Assembly (NCBI GenBank): GCA_964234715.1
Contig: OZ174276.1
Length of the DNA stretch: 64,000 nucleotides
DNA from: Podarcis melisellensis
Lineage: Eukaryota
Strand: one strand, 5' to 3'
Part shown: one piece after another, positions 58,799 through 64,000 of the stretch
Numbering within the stretch: the first letter of the stretch is position 1
Layout: every line of letters begins with the position of its first letter
The notes under the pieces: model-generated
Database searches by the model: none
What the model was told of the DNA's origin: nothing
Seen by the model: only the letters and a program-made list of their open reading frames with translations
Position numbers and translations under genes: made by a program

Positions 58799-59050
58799 AT
58801 GAAAGTTCTTACTAGCTCTTTGTACAGGAAGCTTTTGAGTTTGTTCCCTCATCTTGGGAAGAGTCCTGCCAAAGGCTCCAATCTAAATCCCTGTCACAGA
58901 CTGCTAAGAAAGTATTTCTGTTATAAGGCAGGTGTGGTTACAGCTGCTGACTTGGTCAACTACTGGCAAGGCGTGTTTGAAGTGAATGAGATCCCCGAAC
59001 CACAGGCATCTTCCGAATATATTGTTTCTCATGTCCTAGGAGCAAAAACA
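58799..59050 (+). CDS. HEMK1: HEMK1 (mitochondrial release factor glutamine methyltransferase), coding exon 1
   Basis: LVNYWQGVFEVNEIPEPQASSEYIVSHVLGAKT matches human [33 protein letters not shown]; basic presequence-like N-terminus; synteny with C3orf18. Confidence 0.93.
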
Positions 59051-59863
59051 GTTAAGTGATGTGGGTAAAATAGTGGTTGTCTGTGCAGAGCACCAAAATG
59101 AATGTTGGAAGATCTGCCTCATGTCTGATTCACTAGCCAGCAATTCTGCGCTCTAATATATCACAAGCTTCTCCAATGAAGTAAATAGTGCTTCTTGTAG
59201 ACAGAGAGGCTAAGCCTTGACCTCCTTTTAAATAACTTTGCTCTGCTCTGATCAAGGTTCACCAAGCACATCGGCTGTTTGCAGTAGCATCCAAGTACAG
59301 TTTATCCTGTTTACATCATTGGTGCTTTTTTTGGATTGCTATTTATATCTGTTTGCCATAGATTGTAATGGCTAAATAACTGCTTAAACAGTTCCACAAC
59401 TGGAAATAAGTTGTGCCAGCCCGCTTGGTTTCCGTGCTAGTCTTGGTGGAAGGGTCTTTCCTTTCTGCAGGGCAAGGCAGAATGGTGGAGGGAAATCACA
59501 ACACTCCACCCCTCAGCCACCACCCTTGTTCACTTCTGTGAACAAACCATCCTCTACAGCCCAATTGCTCCTCTGTAGCATAGCTACAGTTGTTAAATGC
59601 GTGGCTACTTTAAAAGGGACAAAATCATGTAGAATGGGCCTATTAACAGCTTTCGGTCATAATAGCTATTAGGAACCTTTGTTCATGAGGCAGTATGCCA
59701 GTGAATGGTTGTGGGACTATTTCCTTCATTCCCTGCTTGTCGGTTTTCCAGATTAATCAAGTTTAGTGGGTTCTATGGCCTTCCATAGGTTGATGGATTT
59801 CAGCTCTCTTTAGGCCCAGCCAGCATGGCCAATGGTCAGGGGAGATGGGAGTTGTAGTCTAGC

Positions 59864-60212
59864 AACGTGGGTGGTGCTGTGGTCTAAACCACAGAGCCTA
59901 GGGTTTGCCAATCAGAAGGTCAGCAATTTGAATCCCCGCGACGGGGTGAGCTCCTGTTGCTTGGTCCCTGCTCCTGCCAACCTAGCAGTTCAAAAGCACA
60001 TCAAAGTGCAAGTAGATAAATAGGTATCGCTCTGGTGGGAAGGTAAACAGCATTTCCGTGCACTGTTCTGGTTCACCAGAAGCAGCTTAGTCATGCTGGC
60101 CACATGACCCGGAAGCTGTACACCGGCTCCCTCAGCCAGTAAAGTGAGGTGAGCGCCGCAACCCCAGAGTTTTTCGCTACTGGACCTAATGGTCAGGGGT
60201 CCCTTTACCTTT
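59864..60212 (+). mobile_element. Sauria SINE nested in a short hAT-like MITE
   Basis: Homologous to 22003-22343; ACCTTT tail; AACGT on both sides. Confidence 0.85.
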
Positions 60213-60436
60213 AACGTCCGGAGAGCCACAAGTTCTCCACTCCAGATCTAATTGTTTATTAGGAAACAGAATGCTGTATTAGGTAGACCTTTGGTCTCAC
60301 CCAGCAGAGCTCTTATCACAGTACAATGGAGAGGGTAGGTGGGCTGACCACCAAGAAAAGCATTTAACCCTCCTGGGTGGAGTTAGTTTTGTGGGCTACC
60401 AGAATTTAATCTAAATGCCTGTAAATAACTTTTCAG

Positions 60437-60528
60437 TTCCAGAGCTTGAATGCCAGCAGCATCTCTACTCCCCTCTCTGCAAAGCAAAAAGAACAGATCC
60501 AGCAGCTATGTGCAAAACGGCTACAAAG
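60437..60528 (+). CDS. HEMK1: HEMK1 coding exon 2 (FQSLNASSISTPLSAKQKEQIQQLCAKRLQR); further exons not found in the window
   Basis: Matches human FQSL..QPLTSQQLQCIRELSSRRLQR; ttttcag acceptor and AG|GTGGGT donor. Confidence 0.92.
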
Positions 60529-61467
60529 GTGGGTACTTATGCTGATTTGTTTCACTTTCTCAAGGACGTTGCAGAAAAAAACTGTTCTATTAGGATGCCT
60601 ATGGAATGTCAGGCAGCTAAAGTAGTTTTAAAATGAAGACAGGGGTCAAGTCCTGTCTTCAAGGTTGGAGGGATACGTTTAAATTCATTTCTTTTACTGG
60701 GAATTGACCTCAGTTTAGCTTAGAAATATGCGCCCTTACATATGACTTAGTAATAAAAATAAAATGCAAGACAAACCAGTAGGTACTAGTGCTAGAAGTA
60801 GCTGCTGAGCTATCACTACCACTCTGCAGTATAGTAGCAAACATTTAGTCGTCCATTTAGCACTTTAATAAATCATGAGCAAATCCCTTTTTAAATCCAT
60901 AGGGCCTTTGCAAGAACTGAGCCAGCAGAGAGGTGCAAGTAACAAGCTCGGCTGCTAGGCTTACATAATGCCATTCAACAATTAAGCGGCCTTAAATAAT
61001 TTAAATAAATGAGGCATTTCCAGCAAAGAGACGTCCAGGGTAGATGGCGAATATTTAAGGCTTGGATCGCTGAAATGTGTTCATCTATGGTGGCTGAATC
61101 AGTTCTGTAGATCTCTTAGCACTCATAATGACAATTTTGCATGCATTTTAAAGCCACAATTTCTTAAATTATTTGTGTGTTTAGAACAATTAGGGTTAAG
61201 AAAATGACAGTACAGTATTGGAACTCATTATCTTGGATAGTTAATCAAATTGCCCACTGTCTCTTTGGTTCTGATTTTATAGCAATCTGCATACTAATTA
61301 ATCCTCCTGTTGAAACAAATAAGCTGTTACTGCTGTGTCAATATGTTTATGCTTTAAAACCTAGGAGAAATACAAGTAGCCCCACTGTTAATATTCCATA
61401 TTTTTCACAATATAGAATCGGACAGAAAACTGGACTTCTTTGAATCTGGGGTCTGTTTTATTGTACT

Positions 61468-61848
61468 CTAAAGGTAAAGGACCCCTGGATGTTTAAGTCC
61501 AGTCAAAGGCGACTATGGGGTTGTGGCACTCATCTCGCTTTTCAGGCCAAGGGAGCCGGTGTTTGTCTGCAGACAGCTTTCCAGGTCCTGTGGCCAGCAT
61601 GACTAAACCACTTCTGGCACAACAGGATACTGTGACGGAAACAAGAGCGCACGGAAACACCGTTTACCTTCCTGCTGCAGTGGTATCTATTTGTCTACTT
61701 GCACTGGCATGCTTTTGAACTGCTAGGTTGGCAGGAGCTGGGAATGAGCAATGGGAGCTCACCCCATCGCTGGTATTCAAACCGCCAACCTTCTGATGGG
61801 CAAGCCCAAGAGGCTCAGTGGTTTAGACCACAGCGCCACCTGCATCCC
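61468..61848 (-). mobile_element. Sauria SINE (older subfamily)
   Basis: AAAGGTAAAGG tail and Sauria SINE body. Confidence 0.8.
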
Positions 61849-64000
61849 TTATTGTACTGTAACCCCACTAAGACAGTAATAGCATCTAGCTCTTGAGGGT
61901 ACTGAGTAAAAGTTTTGAAGATGAAGGGCAATAGCCAGAGCTGGCCCAAGAAGTTTTGACACCTGAGGTGGACCCCAGAATGGTGCCTCCCTCCCTGCCA
62001 GAGAAGAAGGGGTGAGGGAAGGTCCAAAAGGTGAGGAAGTAGGATTGACAGTGTGATCTGCTGCCCCTGTGAATCCTGCCACATGAGCCAGTTGCTTCAC
62101 CTTGTTTCATGGGTGGGCCAGCTATAGTAATAGCTGCTGAAAGCTTAGAAATCAATAGACTTCTAATGTGGGCTGAATCTTTATCTCTCCCCACCCACCC
62201 TGGTGGGCCATGTTGGACAGGTTTGCCCACATGTCAATCATCCAATGTCACAGTGATGTCAAGTGACCTGTTTTTGCACACCACTGTGCACAGAGCCCTG
62301 ACGATCAGCTGATTTCTGACACTTGAACATAGTGCTTCACAAAGCACTTTGCAGGTGTCACCAATCAGTTGATTGGCAGTGGTTGGAAAACCCCTTCTGG
62401 CTCAGTCACATTTTTACTTGTCCCCACCACCGCCACCTGATGTCCTATATGAGGTCTGGAACAGCATGTAGAGAACCTTCTTGGCTCCGCAGGTCAGATC
62501 CTTATCAGGATCAGACTTGCGGGCCTCATTTGACAGGTGAGCAAAGCCACCCACCTATGAAATCACACAAGGCTCCTTCTCCCACCCCAGGCAAGAGCAG
62601 CGCTTTTGCAGAGCGCTCACACACTATGAGCCTCAGAAAATCAGAGGTGCAAACAGGAATGTGGGCTGTTTAAACTGAGCAGGAGTTAACCCCCGCTCAT
62701 CAGTTCTTGAGTAGGCTTTAAATCCTGCTGCTTTGGCTGTGAAAATCTCTTCCCTGCTGGGAGCAGGTGTGCACAGTCAGTGCTGGATTTAGCTCTGTCC
62801 TCTTGCCCACCAGCTGATGTCACCAATGACATCAGTTGATGCATGGGAATGGTTTGGGGAAAATGGCCTTGTGGCTTGGAGGTTGCCCACCACCGTTAGA
62901 GAGAAGCAACCACCTCAGTAATCAGGGGCTGTTCCTCCTGAGGTCTTCTCCACCCTCCCAGGCCCTGTGTCTCTGTTGTGAGCTATGTATGCCACACAGC
63001 CTACCCTGGGACCTTAACTAGCTTCCCTCAGGTGCAGTAGAAGATTGGTAAAAGAAGAACTTTTTGATTTCAAACTTCCCCATTTCTCTCTGTGTCTTTT
63101 TACATTGCGTGCCTCAGTTTGGAAGTTGATTTTTCAGCTGCTACATCTTTGGTTATGGAAATATATGTGCTTTGACCCGGCCACCACTAGAGGCTGTATT
63201 TGCACAGTTCATGAAACTTTTCAATGCAAACCTGTGTGTTTGCTTACTCAGATGTAAGCCCCATTGAGTCCAGCAGGGTCTACTCCTGAGTAAGTAGGCA
63301 TAGGATTACAGTCTTATATAGGCAGCCGTAGTCCATACTTGACCATTATGGTTTGTTGCATGTTGGGCTTAGGAAATCTGTCTGTGTAATTTCCTTTGCT
63401 GTTTTCCTCTGCTATTCTTGTCTACTTTCTGGTAGAAACAGTGACCAGACCAGATGCATTTTCCACCTGATATGCAAGTTTTGGAGTGCAATTGCATTCT
63501 GAAGTTGGGTGCTTTCTTTTGAAATAGATATTTTAAGTTTGGTGCTTTTTATAGCTGAAAGGCAAGACTTGCTGCTCAGCTGTGCATTGGGTATTATTTG
63601 CATTGTGTAGGAATTAATGAGTTCTTTTTTGAATACTCAGGACAGAGGAAAGCATTAGAGAGCTTCAGCTTCCTTAAAAAAACACAACAACCTACAAATA
63701 TCTTTGCAGAGGAGTGGGGTGGAGGAAACCTAAGGAGAAAATGGAAGGTGAAACTTGTGTGGGGTTACTAAGAATTCAGCGCTCTTGTATTCATGGGAAA
63801 TAGCACTGTGTGCATGTGTTAATCATGTGTGCTTGGATTTAGCCCACTGTGCTCACTATTCCCACTTCTGGAATGTGGCCCCTGACAGCTTTCCACCGCA
63901 GTAGTGTGGCCCTCTGGCCAGAAAAGGTTCCCCACCCATGAGATATGCTTCTGTTCCATAGCAAGGCACTTCTGGAAACATGGAAGAGATACAGCAGGTA

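Overview
Vertebrate genomic DNA, almost certainly a squamate and probably a lacertid lizard (Sauria SINEs, squamate-type L1/L2/CR1/RTE fragments and hAT/Tc1 MITEs). The window covers the C3orf18-HEMK1 neighbourhood and holds three host genes. (1) An HMGA2-like three-AT-hook gene on + (coding exons 24193-24285, 27784-27867, 29800-29847, probably 31976-32063 and 33621-33721), invisible in the ORF track and lying tail-to-tail with C3orf18. This mirrors the HMGA1-SMIM29 pair and suggests a third HMGA ohnolog. (2) A complete C3orf18 on - (4 coding exons, 153 aa). (3) The 5' part of HEMK1 on +, head-to-head with C3orf18. An intact, very young 6494-bp Ty3/Gypsy chromovirus (43909-50402; apparently identical 767-bp LTRs; GCATG TSD) sits antisense in a C3orf18 intron. 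It shows tRNA-independent Tf1-type self-priming (11-nt PBS complementary to the predicted first 11 nt of its transcript) and a PEG10-type GGGAAAC/pseudoknot -1 frameshift. Its chromodomain has lost the aromatic cage, and Pol reads through the PPT and the whole U3 of the 3' LTR. A splice donor overlapping the PBS and an acceptor plus ATG just after the chromodomain predict a separate ~350-aa LTR-encoded third protein carrying an FxGF motif. A related solo LTR with a decayed acidic/basic ORF lies between the C3orf18 and HEMK1 promoters. All calls were made by eye; no searches were run.
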